30,235 bases of DNA from a virus (IMGVR_UViG_3300005805_000319:1-30235), one strand, 5' to 3'. Numbered from the stretch's first letter, positions 1 through 9,591 are shown. Notes: generated by a model from the letters alone, not told the origin. Numbers and translations: made by a program.

Positions 1-18
1 ACGAAATGGATTGTCTAA
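1..18 (+). CDS. 3' end of upstream gene, probably terminase large subunit (partial, ...TKWIV*)
   Basis: ACG AAA TGG ATT GTC TAA abuts the portal ATG; position directly upstream of a portal. Only 5 residues are visible. Confidence 0.35.
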   Translation, partial: TKWIV

Positions 19-2319
19 ATGCAAGAATTTGACCTACAAGCCATCATAGAGAACGAGATAGACAACGCTCTCGGCTATATCAATACCGAGACCGTAGAGG
101 AACGCCGCGACTCGCTCATGGCGTACAACCGCGAACCCTACGGCAACGAGGTAGAGGGACGCTCCACCATCGTTACAGGCGAGGTAGCAGAGGCCGTAGA
201 TGGTGCATTGCCACAACTCCTGCGTGTATTTACACAGTCAGACGACGTTGTACGGTTTGAGCCAAAGGCTCCCGGCGACGAGGAGAAGGCTAAGCAGGCC
301 ACCGAGTATTGCAACTGGGTGCTGATGAATGACAACCCAGGCTTTGAGGTATTCCAGACTTGGTTCAAGGACGCGCTCTTACAAAAGAATGGCGTAATCA
401 AGGTCTGGTGGAACGACGAGACCTCGGTTGACAAGGAGAAGTATCAAAACCTCTCCGAAGAAGAACTGACCATGTTGCTCTCTGACGGGCAGATGGAAGT
501 GGTCAAGCAAAAGCAGACTCAGATTGGGGAAGTGCCAATGCCTGTTGACCCGATGGCGGTTCAGCAAGCGATGGCTCAAGGTCTCCCCACACCGGCTCCT
601 ATGATGCAGCCCGTGTTTGCCTACGATGTCACGGTCAAGAAGATAGATAAAAAGGGTTCGGTCAAGGTCGAGAACGTACCGCCCGAGGAGTTCCTAATCT
701 CCAAGAAAGCGCGCCGGATTGCGGATGCCCCGTTTGTGGCTCACCGTAGGCTCACGACCCGCTCTGAGTTAATCAGCATGGGGTTCGATGCAGACGAGAT
801 TGACGCTCTGCCCGCCTATGACGACCTGACGTTCACCCCTGAGAGGGTTGCAAGATTCCCTAACGGCGAGCAACCAGACGACCCCAGCCTCGATACCAGC
901 ATGGACGAGATTGAGACGTTCGAGTGCTACATCAGGACAGACTACGACGAGGACGGCATTGCCGAACTCCGCAGGGTGTTCTACGCTGGCGGCACAATCC
1001 TAGAGAACGAGGAAGCAGACTTCATCCCGTTTTGCTCCGTCTGCCCAATCCCCATGCCCCACAAGTTCTTCGGGCATAGCCTTGCAGACAGGGTTGTGGA
1101 CATCCAGAAGATTAAGACCACGATTACCCGTCAGATGTTGGACAACCTGTATCTTTCTAACAACGCTCGGATGGCGGTGGTAGATGGTCAGGTCAACCTA
1201 GACGATATGCTCACGGTTACACCTGGCGGCATAGTTCGGGTTAAGAACAACGCAGCTATCACGCCCCTTGCCGTCCCCTTGGTCGCCGGTCAAGCCTTCC
1301 CAATGCTCGCCTACATGGACGAGGTACAGCAGAAGCGCACAGGCGTTACACAGGCTTCTCAGGGCTTAGACCCCAACATCCTGCAAAACACTACCGCGAC
1401 AGCCGTGGCGATGGTTCAGAACGCAGGAGCCGCAAAGGTTGAGTTGATTGCTAGGATATTTGCCGAGACAGGGGTAAAAGACCTGTTCAAGTCCATCCTG
1501 CACCTTGTCTGCAAGTACCAAGACAAGCAGAGAATCGTTCGGATGCGTGGCAAGTTCGTGGCTATCGACCCTAGAGAGTGGAGTAACGAGTACGACATGA
1601 CGGTAAACGTCGGTCTGGGTACGGGTAACCGTGAGCAACAGATGGCGATGGTGGCCGCAATCCTGCAAAAGCAGGAGCAGATTCTTACCACCGTAGGGAT
1701 TAACAACCCATTCGTGTCGCCTAGCCAGTACCGCAATACCTTGGGTCGGTTCATCGAGTCCGCAGGGTTCAAGGACACGACTGAGTTCTTCCGCGAGATT
1801 ACGCCTGAGATGGAACAGCAGATGATGCAACCCCAACAGCAGGTAGACCCACAGGCACAGACTGCTCAGATGTTGGTAGAGGTGGAGCAGATGAAAGCCC
1901 AAAGTAGGGCCGAGACTGAACAGGCCAAAATCCAAGCAAACCTAGCAATCCAAGAAGCAAAGATGACCATTGACCGAGAGAAGGCAATGGCTGACTTGCT
2001 TTTACAACAAGCAAAGATTCAGCTTGACCGCGAAAAGTCATCCATCCAGCTTCAACTAGAACAGTCAAAACTAGCCCAAGAAGGCGCGATGATGCAAGCC
2101 GACATGATGCTCAAAGAACGAGAGCAAATTATGGCCGAGTTAGAAAAGGCTCAAAAGGCATTGGAGTCTCGACGCGGAGAAGATGTGGTTGTGCAGCTTG
2201 GGCAGATGGTATCGCAGTTGCAACAAAACCAAGACAGGCTTGCCAAGACAATAAGTGCGCCAAAGACGGTTGTCCGAGACGCTGGCGGCAAAATCATCGG
2301 TGTTAAATCAGGGGAATAA
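19..2319 (+). CDS. Portal protein, P22/SU10-like family, with long Gln-rich coiled-coil C-terminus
   Basis: 766 aa; motifs PYGNEVEGRS, FKDALLQKNG, VENVPPEEF, PHKFFG.S..D, ELIARIFAETG, VNVGLGTG resemble this portal family; coiled-coil barrel-like C-terminus. Confidence 0.88.
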   Translation: MQEFDLQAIIENEIDNALGYINTETVEERRDSLMAYNREPYGNEVEGRSTIVTGEVAEAVDGALPQLLRVFTQSDDVVRFEPKAPGDEEKAKQATEYCNWVLMNDNPGFEVFQTWFKDALLQKNGVIKVWWNDETSVDKEKYQNLSEEELTMLLSDGQMEVVKQKQTQIGEVPMPVDPMAVQQAMAQGLPTPAPMMQPVFAYDVTVKKIDKKGSVKVENVPPEEFLISKKARRIADAPFVAHRRLTTRSELISMGFDADEIDALPAYDDLTFTPERVARFPNGEQPDDPSLDTSMDEIETFECYIRTDYDEDGIAELRRVFYAGGTILENEEADFIPFCSVCPIPMPHKFFGHSLADRVVDIQKIKTTITRQMLDNLYLSNNARMAVVDGQVNLDDMLTVTPGGIVRVKNNAAITPLAVPLVAGQAFPMLAYMDEVQQKRTGVTQASQGLDPNILQNTTATAVAMVQNAGAAKVELIARIFAETGVKDLFKSILHLVCKYQDKQRIVRMRGKFVAIDPREWSNEYDMTVNVGLGTGNREQQMAMVAAILQKQEQILTTVGINNPFVSPSQYRNTLGRFIESAGFKDTTEFFREITPEMEQQMMQPQQQVDPQAQTAQMLVEVEQMKAQSRAETEQAKIQANLAIQEAKMTIDREKAMADLLLQQAKIQLDREKSSIQLQLEQSKLAQEGAMMQADMMLKEREQIMAELEKAQKALESRRGEDVVVQLGQMVSQLQQNQDRLAKTISAPKTVVRDAGGKIIGVKSGE

Positions 2320-2321
2320 GC

Positions 2322-2696
2322 ATGGCCGTAACCTACACAACCGCAGTCAAAACAGCCAGAATGACGGCAGTTGCTACCGAAGTTGACGCTGGCGTTGGTG
2401 CTGGAAAACTTAAAATTCGGGATTCCAGCAACACGGTTTTAGTAACCATTACGCTAACAGACCCTTGCGGAACCGCCTCTGGTGGAGTGTTAACATTTGA
2501 CTTTGACCCCGACATTTCAGCCGTGGCTTCGGCAACTGGAACAGCGGCAAACGCTATCATTACAGACTCGGCAGATACCACGGTTGTCTCAGGTTTAACT
2601 GTTGGGACATCTGGTACGGATGTAATTTTAGACAGCACAAGTATCACCTCTGGGCAGACCGTTACTATTACAACCGGCACGATTACACACGCCTAA
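2322..2696 (+). CDS. Virion structural protein (Thr/Ala/Gly-rich, putative head decoration or fibre-associated)
   Basis: 124 aa, beta-rich composition, GGGGAA RBS, located in head module. Confidence 0.6.
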   Translation: MAVTYTTAVKTARMTAVATEVDAGVGAGKLKIRDSSNTVLVTITLTDPCGTASGGVLTFDFDPDISAVASATGTAANAIITDSADTTVVSGLTVGTSGTDVILDSTSITSGQTVTITTGTITHA

Positions 2697-2708
2697 TAAA
2701 GGCCAATC

Positions 2709-3956
2709 ATGGCCTCAACGGGCGCGAAACTACCAAGTACGGGAACTAGCGTTGCCCGAAGTACGGGTACTGCTTGGACAAATCCCGGTAACATTACCGT
2801 CAACGACAACACGGTTGCGTCTTGTAATTCGGGCGCGACTGGCTCTGCTTATCTCAGGGCAAGTAACTTTTCATTCAACATACCCGCAAACTCTCTCATA
2901 CAGGGGTTTACGGTTGTGGTGGAAATGGCAGAGTCATCGGCTGGAAACGAAACAGTTAGCGTTCAGATTGTCGGCGCGGCTGGCACGGCGATTGGTACGG
3001 CAAAGACATTCGTTGCTAACGGTACTGCACTAACACTTTATACAACTGGTTCCAGTAATGATGTCTGGGGAACAAGCGGCCTAACCGCCACAGACTTAAA
3101 CGATACTGATTTTGGTATTTATGTCTGGTACACGACAAGTCACAACACCACGGTTGACTATGTTTCAATTGATGTTACTTATGCACCGCCAATATCAGGC
3201 AGTCTCGCCGCCACAGAGACAGGCGCAGACACCGCAAGCATAAATGGCAAGGTTGCGGTTAGCGGAAGTTTGGCGGCAACAGAGACGGGTGCGGATACCG
3301 CCGCGTTTAATGGAACCATAACCAATCCAACAATTACTGGAAGTTTCGCGGCAACAGAAATTGGAACAGATACTGCATCAATTTTGGGCGGTGTTTTAAT
3401 TCAGGGCAGTCTCAACGCTATTGAAATAGGTTCAGATACCTCATCAATCAATGGCAAAGTTTTAGTTCAAGGTTCTTTAAATGCTATTGAAACAGGACAA
3501 GATTCATTGTCTGTTTCTGGCAAAGTATTGATAAACGGTAGTTTAAACACTACCGAAGTTGGACAAGATGTAGCAAATATATCGGGTTTCACTGAGCAAT
3601 CGATATCTGGGTTTTTAAGCGCAACCGAAACTGGACAAGATAGTGCGAGTTTTTCTGCTTCAGAACAACGAATATCGGGCGGCAGAACATCCAAAACAAA
3701 ACCTAAAAAACCTGTCTTTTTTTTACAAAATGGTTTATCTCCATTTGTTACCGAACAAAAATTAGATTCAGTGGCAAAAATAAATACAATATTTGCAATT
3801 TCATCTTGTGCAAATATTAAAGCAAATGGTACAGTTATCATTAACAGTATTGCTAATCTGAATTTTGTTTCTGCGACTTCTTATTCAGATGCGGTACGAG
3901 GCGAGTCTTTTGGCAATATAACGGATGAAGAAATAATGTTATTGTTAACAATATGA
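2709..3956 (+). CDS. Repeat-containing virion protein (putative head fibre)
   Basis: 415 aa; beta-rich N-terminus, seven ~22-aa repeats, basic linker, acidic/hydrophobic C-terminus (DEEIMLLL). Confidence 0.6.
   Translation: MASTGAKLPSTGTSVARSTGTAWTNPGNITVNDNTVASCNSGATGSAYLRASNFSFNIPANSLIQGFTVVVEMAESSAGNETVSVQIVGAAGTAIGTAKTFVANGTALTLYTTGSSNDVWGTSGLTATDLNDTDFGIYVWYTTSHNTTVDYVSIDVTYAPPISGSLAATETGADTASINGKVAVSGSLAATETGADTAAFNGTITNPTITGSFAATEIGTDTASILGGVLIQGSLNAIEIGSDTSSINGKVLVQGSLNAIETGQDSLSVSGKVLINGSLNTTEVGQDVANISGFTEQSISGFLSATETGQDSASFSASEQRISGGRTSKTKPKKPVFFLQNGLSPFVTEQKLDSVAKINTIFAISSCANIKANGTVIINSIANLNFVSATSYSDAVRGESFGNITDEEIMLLLTI
3192..3660 (+). repeat. Seven tandem ~22-aa repeats, consensus ISGSLAATETG.DTAS..G.V
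   Basis: Directly visible in the translation of 2709..3956. Confidence 0.85.
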
Positions 3957-6799
3957 TTTACAACGGTGAAGAAATCAATTCCACTCCTACTGATGCGATG
4001 GCCGAAGAAGCGCAACGCGGCCTCGATTGGCGCACAGAGTTTGGGCGCGGGGGAACCTCTATCGGTGTCGCAAGGGCGCGGCAATTGGTTAACAAACAAC
4101 AACTCTCCGCAAGAACCATCAAGCGGATGCACTCCTATTTCTCCCGTCACGAAGTCGATAAGCAAGGCCAAGGTTTCAGTCCGGGCGAAGAAGGCTACCC
4201 CTCGGCAGGGCGCATAGCATGGGCATTGTGGGGTGGCGATTCTGGACAATCTTGGGCAAGAGCGAGGGTAAACCAAATGAATACTGTTGACAAAAAAGAC
4301 CGCGCCGCACCTGACGCATTGAGTGTTGGCGACTTTGTTTCTTGGGACAGTTCTGGCGGTCGGGCGCGGGGAAGGATTGTGCGGGTTGTCAGAGATGGCG
4401 AGATAAATGTTCCCAACTCAGACTTCACCATTACCGGGACTCCTGAAGACCCTGCGGCCTTGATTCGGCTCTATCGGGAAGGCGAAGATGGCTATGCGGC
4501 AACGGAAACATTAGTCGGTCATCTATTCTCAACCCTCACCAAGATTGATGCTCTGCGGTCTTATGACTCCAGACCATATCCCAACGAACACGCCGCCAGA
4601 CTTACAAATCCAGACCAATATGACGAATTCCGCAGGGAAAATGATGCGGGTGGGGATGGTATCGACTTTATATATGGCATCAAGGATGGGCAGTCTGAGT
4701 TACAGGCAATCCGTTTTGATAAGACCAAATTTAGTCCAAGTGAGGCAAAGGCATGGTTGGAGCAGAATGACTTCTCGCCGATTCTTTTTGAAGACGCTAT
4801 TGAAAGACTTGCAACAATAGAAAAAACCAATCAGAATCAAGATATGGACAAGCGACACATTATCGACATCGAAGAAACCGAGGGTTCCTACATTATCGAA
4901 TTTGCCAAGGCAGAGGTCGAGGCAGAACCGATGGAAGTAGACCTTGAGAGTGTTGCCGAGGGCGAGAACTCGATGCACGAAGAAGAAATGCAGGGCATGA
5001 GCGCAGAGCGTAAGGGCAAAGCACTATCTCGCCGCGCCAACGAAATGATGGCTGAAGTTCAGGATGACCGCCGCGTTGGGATGGCGATTTCGTCTGAACT
5101 CGGGGTTGACCGTGGATATGGCGAGGAAGTTCTCGACCATTCTGCCGACTCTATTGACATGGAATTCTTAAATTCAGGCCGCGCACCTTTGTTGCTCGAC
5201 CATGACCCAACCAAGCAAATTGGTGTTATCGAATCTGTATATCTCGATGGCTCGGCGCGCAGATTGCGCGCGACTGTGCGTTTTGGAAAAGGCGCACTCG
5301 CAAGCGAGGTGTATCAAGATGTTGCCGACAATATTCGCGGGAATGTTTCCATCGGATATATCGTCAACAAAATGGTAGAAGACCCGAAAGGCTCGAAAAT
5401 CTATCGAGCAACGAGTTGGACACCTCTAGAGGTTTCCGTTGTATCTATTCCCGCTGATGCGTCAGTCGGCGTGGGTCGTGCGGCAGAATCTTCGCAACCT
5501 TCTATTCAACCTTCCATTCCTCAAGGAGAAACTACAATGGAACAAGTAAAAGTTGAGTCGGTGAGTGCGGATGCCGCAGTTGCCGCCCGTAATAAAGAAC
5601 TGGCAGAGATTTTCTCTCTTGCCGCCCGTCACAATCAGCGCGCACTTGCTGAAGAGGCAATCCAGCGCGGTGCAACCATTGAGCAGTTCCGTGGAATGTT
5701 GCTAGACAAAATCGGCGACAAACCTTTGGAGCAGGTCAATATCGGCATGAACCAAAAAGAGCGTCAGGCTTATTCCCTGATGCGCGCTATTGCTTCGGCA
5801 ACTAGCAACGGCGGTCGCGTAAGCGGCTATGAGGCAGAGATTTCTCAGGAACTCGCCAAGCGTTATGGCAAAGACCCACGCGGTTTTTATGTTCCTACGG
5901 ACATCTTCAAGCGTGACATTCTCACGACTTCTCCCGCAAATGGCTCAAACATTATTCCCGAGGAGTGGCTCGGCTCTGAGTTTGTAGACGCATTGCGCGC
6001 CAATGTAGTTGTAATGGGCATGGGTGCTAGGATGATTTCTGGCCTGAAGGGTGATGTTGCAATCCCCGCGATGAACGCTACGACTGCTGTTGCGTTTGTT
6101 GCTGAGAACAACGCACCGACCGAGGGCGCACCTTCGTTCCGTCAAATCACTATGTCGCCAAAGACTCTGGCTGGCTATGTTGACATCTCCCGCAAGTTGA
6201 TGATGCAGAGCGACCCCTCTGTTGACCAACTCTTGCGTGACGACATTACCCGTCAGTTTGCAGTCAAGATTGACGATGTTGCTATCGAAGGCGGCGGCGC
6301 AAATGAGCCAACAGGTATCCTCGGCACGAATGGAATTGGTTCGGTTGCTATGGGCACAAACGGTGGCGCAATCACCTATGCAAAACTGGTTGACCTCGAG
6401 CGCGAAGTTGCAATCGACAACGCATTAACGGGAAGTCTGTCGTTCCTGACGAACCCGAAGGTTGTCTCTGCAATGCGTAAGACTGCGCGTCAATCTTCAG
6501 GTGTTGAGGGCAACTTCATCCTGAACGATACCAATAGCGTTCTTGGCTACAATGTTGTTTCCACGACAACTGTTCCAAGCGACCTCACCAAGGGAACCTC
6601 CTCGGGAGTTTGCTCGGCAGTTATCTTCGGCAACTTCAACGAGTTGATGATTGGTATGTGGGGCGGCTTAGACATCCTAGTTGACCCGTATACTGGCTCC
6701 AGCACAGGTGCAACCCGGATTGCGATGTTCCAAGACATCGACATCAAGTTGCGTCATGCCGAGTCTTTCGCGGCTATCAAAGATGTAACAACCGTCTAA
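3953..6799 (+). CDS. Fused accessory domains + HK97-family prohead protease + HK97-fold major capsid protein
   Basis: Protease motifs LLLDHD, VSIGY, PLEVSVVSIPAD; capsid motifs DISRKLMMQS, EPTGIL, FGNFNELMIGMWGG, LRHAESF; three extra N-terminal domains. Confidence 0.92.
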   Translation: MIYNGEEINSTPTDAMAEEAQRGLDWRTEFGRGGTSIGVARARQLVNKQQLSARTIKRMHSYFSRHEVDKQGQGFSPGEEGYPSAGRIAWALWGGDSGQSWARARVNQMNTVDKKDRAAPDALSVGDFVSWDSSGGRARGRIVRVVRDGEINVPNSDFTITGTPEDPAALIRLYREGEDGYAATETLVGHLFSTLTKIDALRSYDSRPYPNEHAARLTNPDQYDEFRRENDAGGDGIDFIYGIKDGQSELQAIRFDKTKFSPSEAKAWLEQNDFSPILFEDAIERLATIEKTNQNQDMDKRHIIDIEETEGSYIIEFAKAEVEAEPMEVDLESVAEGENSMHEEEMQGMSAERKGKALSRRANEMMAEVQDDRRVGMAISSELGVDRGYGEEVLDHSADSIDMEFLNSGRAPLLLDHDPTKQIGVIESVYLDGSARRLRATVRFGKGALASEVYQDVADNIRGNVSIGYIVNKMVEDPKGSKIYRATSWTPLEVSVVSIPADASVGVGRAAESSQPSIQPSIPQGETTMEQVKVESVSADAAVAARNKELAEIFSLAARHNQRALAEEAIQRGATIEQFRGMLLDKIGDKPLEQVNIGMNQKERQAYSLMRAIASATSNGGRVSGYEAEISQELAKRYGKDPRGFYVPTDIFKRDILTTSPANGSNIIPEEWLGSEFVDALRANVVVMGMGARMISGLKGDVAIPAMNATTAVAFVAENNAPTEGAPSFRQITMSPKTLAGYVDISRKLMMQSDPSVDQLLRDDITRQFAVKIDDVAIEGGGANEPTGILGTNGIGSVAMGTNGGAITYAKLVDLEREVAIDNALTGSLSFLTNPKVVSAMRKTARQSSGVEGNFILNDTNSVLGYNVVSTTTVPSDLTKGTSSGVCSAVIFGNFNELMIGMWGGLDILVDPYTGSSTGATRIAMFQDIDIKLRHAESFAAIKDVTTV
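5523..5539 (+). promoter_or_regulatory. Internal in-frame RBS and ATG (5537) for a stand-alone capsid protein
   Basis: AAGGAG-aaactaca-ATG at the protease/capsid boundary, in frame with 3953..6799. Confidence 0.65.
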
Positions 6800-6815
6800 T
6801 CTAAGGCGATTGAAT

Positions 6816-6847
6816 AAAGGGGCGGCTCAAAAGGTCGCCCTTTTTTT
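6816..6847 (+). terminator. Intrinsic terminator after the capsid gene
   Basis: GGGCGGCT-caaaa-GGTCGCCC stem followed by T7. Confidence 0.8.
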
Positions 6848-7384
6848 ATGAAATATCTTTCACAGTTCAAAAACTTCCATAAAGGTCAAACCTGCGCGAT
6901 TCTTGGCGGCGGGGTTTCCTTGCCTAAAGACCTGAGAAGTATTCCTCAAGTCGATATTCTGATGGGCGTAAACCAACACACGATTATCCTTCCTCTGGAC
7001 TATATTGTTTTCTCCGACCGCGAGATGTGGAAATACATTGAAGATGTAGACGGATGCTATAAGGTTTCCAATCTCAACAAATGGTCTGACCGAAAAGATT
7101 TTATTCATTGCGGCGAGGCTCCAGCGATAGGATTCTCTGGAGCAAAAGCGGTCTGGGTTGCCGACCAGATGGGATTTGAAACAGTCTATGTCTGCGGAAT
7201 CGACCAATATCAGAATCGAGATGGCAGGGAGTATTGGTGGCAGGGTTGCCAATCGGAACCTTTTCAGGCCAAACATATATCTGCGCGAGATGATTTGACA
7301 CGATGGAAACAATTCTTGTTAACATTACAAAACCCTGATAGAGTGTTTTTTGTTTCAGGCAGACTAAAGGAGTTACACCAATGA
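6848..7384 (+). CDS. Maf/DUF115 (MptE-like) or sialyltransferase-like Rossmann-fold glycosyltransferase
   Basis: HKGQTCAILGGGVSL, GVN, FSD, FSGAKA...MGFETVYVCGID match the G.GPS...GvN...lGf..iyl.GiD pattern of this family. Confidence 0.6.
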   Translation: MKYLSQFKNFHKGQTCAILGGGVSLPKDLRSIPQVDILMGVNQHTIILPLDYIVFSDREMWKYIEDVDGCYKVSNLNKWSDRKDFIHCGEAPAIGFSGAKAVWVADQMGFETVYVCGIDQYQNRDGREYWWQGCQSEPFQAKHISARDDLTRWKQFLLTLQNPDRVFFVSGRLKELHQ

Positions 7385-7608
7385 AAGTTGAAATCACAAA
7401 CCCCGTACATTGGGATGGCGAACACCGCGAATGCGGCGATGTCATCGATGTTAAAGATTCAGATGCCGATTGGTTGATGTCTCGCGGCAAGGCCGTTCCT
7501 TATGTTCAAAAGGCTTCGGTAGAAAATCGTGCGGTTGCGCTAGAGGATTCGCCGCAACCAAAGTTATCCAAGCGAACATGGAAAAAATCACCGTTTGTTG
7601 CGTCTTAA
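7381..7608 (+). CDS. Small head-associated protein (post-capsid GDVIDV...A..L...GKA type)
   Basis: 75 aa, ATGA overlap, AAGGAG RBS, basic tail; a type commonly found after capsid genes. Confidence 0.6.
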   Translation: MKVEITNPVHWDGEHRECGDVIDVKDSDADWLMSRGKAVPYVQKASVENRAVALEDSPQPKLSKRTWKKSPFVAS

Positions 7609-8195
7609 AGTCTGGCGGGGAGTATCTTCCCCGTCATGTTTACAATCTTCGCGATATGTGCGAGGACTTCTTACCCCCGCATGAGTTTGTTTGTTTGACC
7701 GACTTGGAGCAGATGCATTGTCCGACAATCCCTTTGTTTCACAACTGGCAGGGGTGGTGGTCAAAAATTGAACTGTTCAAACTCAAACCGCCTGTCCTAT
7801 TTTTCGACCTCGACACGGTTTTATTGCAAGATTGCACCTCAATCGTGGAGGCCGCGAGAGGCAAAGACTTTGTGATTCTGCGGGATGTTTACAGGGGTTG
7901 GTCTAATCCTCACGCCATGCAATCCTCGATGATGTATTGGGAGAAACCCTTAAACTTTGTTTTCGATTCATTCTTGGCGACCCCGGACTATTGCGAGGGT
8001 GGCGACCAGACTTTCCTCGAGAAAATGTTTTACGACAAGTTGCATATGGCGACTTTTTGGCAAGACATCACAGATGGGATTGTTTCCTACAAGGCGAACA
8101 TATCCGTTCATGGGGTGCGGCCTGAAGATAAAATAGTGATTTTTCACGGCAAACCTAGACCTTGGGAGCAAAAGCAAATTGCCTATCCAACTTGA
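7578..8195 (+). CDS. GT-A fold glycosyltransferase (GT8-like)
   Basis: VCCVLKSGGEY, CLTD, GWWSKIELF, DxD motif (FDLDT), GDQ, FHGKPRPW. Start reassigned to ATG 7578. Confidence 0.8.
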   Translation: MEKITVCCVLKSGGEYLPRHVYNLRDMCEDFLPPHEFVCLTDLEQMHCPTIPLFHNWQGWWSKIELFKLKPPVLFFDLDTVLLQDCTSIVEAARGKDFVILRDVYRGWSNPHAMQSSMMYWEKPLNFVFDSFLATPDYCEGGDQTFLEKMFYDKLHMATFWQDITDGIVSYKANISVHGVRPEDKIVIFHGKPRPWEQKQIAYPT

Positions 8196-8802
8196 AAACC
8201 GAAGCGGCTGGATGATTCCAATCCGCGATACTGTTGCCCAACAAATAATCCTTCGAGAGGTCAATGACATTCCAACGATTGCCGCATACTGTAAACAGTT
8301 TAGAACTGTGATTCAGGCTGGAGGCAATATTGGGATTTGGCCTATTGCGCTATCCAAGAGATTTCAACGGGTCTATACGGCTGAACCTGACGAGGCAAAC
8401 TTTGCGGCCTTAGAGATTAACACTCGAAACCACGGAACGATAATGATTCGAAATGTTGCCTTTGGGCTACAAAGTGGCACAGGCGCAATCGACCATATCG
8501 ACCCAGATAACATCGGCGCGCATCAAGTCAAAGAGGGTAATGAGTTCGACATTATCCCGATTGACGACCTTGATGTTAGTGACTGCGACTTACTCCAGTT
8601 GGATGTCGAAGGTTTTGAGCATTTTGCAATTGAAGGCGCGATAGAAACAATCAAGAAATCCTTCCCCGTCATTTGCTTGGAGTTAAAAGGACTCGGCAAG
8701 AGATATGGCGTTGAAGACCAAGAAACGATAGATTTACTCGCGGATTTGGGGTATAAAGTTGCCAACAGAATCCATCGTGATGTGATATTCACAAAGGCTT
8801 GA
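8179..8802 (+). CDS. FkbM-family SAM-dependent methyltransferase
   Basis: IQAGGNIG motif I, AEPD, LQLDVEGFE, PVICLE. Confidence 0.88.
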   Translation: MPIQLENRSGWMIPIRDTVAQQIILREVNDIPTIAAYCKQFRTVIQAGGNIGIWPIALSKRFQRVYTAEPDEANFAALEINTRNHGTIMIRNVAFGLQSGTGAIDHIDPDNIGAHQVKEGNEFDIIPIDDLDVSDCDLLQLDVEGFEHFAIEGAIETIKKSFPVICLELKGLGKRYGVEDQETIDLLADLGYKVANRIHRDVIFTKA

Positions 8803-8803
8803 T

Positions 8804-9118
8804 ATGGCAGTCGAAACCGCAACTGAGCGCGCAATTTTTGTTGGAATAAATGACTTCGGGGTTGCGGCTACATTTACCGCGACAACTGGCGGTCAATCCT
8901 CAACTGTTAATGGAGTATTTGATAATGACTATATTGAAGTCGATACGGGCGGCAATGTTGGCTATGCTCTTTTGCAACCGCGCTTTCTTTGCAGGACTGC
9001 GGATGTTTCTACGGCAGTTGAAAACTCGACTTTGGTCGTTTCGGCGGTGACTTATAGAGTCAAAGTTGTTAAACCCGATGGGACAGGAATGACCGAACTC
9101 ATTCTTGAGAAACAATGA
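8804..9118 (+). CDS. Head-tail joining protein (lambda gpFII-like)
   Basis: DFGV.ATF, GVFDN, PDGTGMTELILE; position before the tail terminator. Confidence 0.75.
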   Translation: MAVETATERAIFVGINDFGVAATFTATTGGQSSTVNGVFDNDYIEVDTGGNVGYALLQPRFLCRTADVSTAVENSTLVVSAVTYRVKVVKPDGTGMTELILEKQ

Positions 9119-9558
9119 GTCATCTGCGGAAACAGATTCGGGACAACATAATCACGACCGTCACGGGGCTGGCAACGACCTCGACTCGCGTCTACGCCTC
9201 TCGGGTCTATCCTTTGGCCTCAGATAAGATGCCGGGACTTTGTGTGTATACAAATACCGAAGAAATAGAGTTCTCGACCCTGAATAGACCACGGATTCAA
9301 ACCCGCACTCTAGAGGTCTTAATCGAGGCGTATGCCCTTGCGATTAGTGGCTTAGATGACACCCTCGACCAAATCTGCCTCGAGGTTGAGGAGGCTCTGG
9401 ATGCCGATGTAACCAGAGGCGGCAAGGCCAAAGAAACAAAAGTCACGAGCATCGAAACCGAGTTCTCAGGCGATGGTGAAAAACCTGCTGGAATTGCGAG
9501 AATCACGGTGGCGGTCACTTATCAATGTCGAGAAAATGACCTTGAAACTGCGATTTGA
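9115..9558 (+). CDS. Tail terminator/completion protein (gpU-like)
   Basis: MSHLRKQIR, VY.SRVYP, LD.IC.EVE.AL pattern; synteny. Confidence 0.72.
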   Translation: MSHLRKQIRDNIITTVTGLATTSTRVYASRVYPLASDKMPGLCVYTNTEEIEFSTLNRPRIQTRTLEVLIEAYALAISGLDDTLDQICLEVEEALDADVTRGGKAKETKVTSIETEFSGDGEKPAGIARITVAVTYQCRENDLETAI

Positions 9559-9591
9559 TTGTAAAATTTAACTTTATTTCAGGAGGTTTTT

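Noticed and set aside
3192-3660. Repeats as a CRISPR array or DGR template/variable repeat
   Set aside because: Degenerate in-frame coding repeats; no spacers, cas genes or reverse transcriptase.
9542-9567. TTGAAA...TAAAAT promoter before the tail tube gene
   Set aside because: Spacer of only 14 nt.
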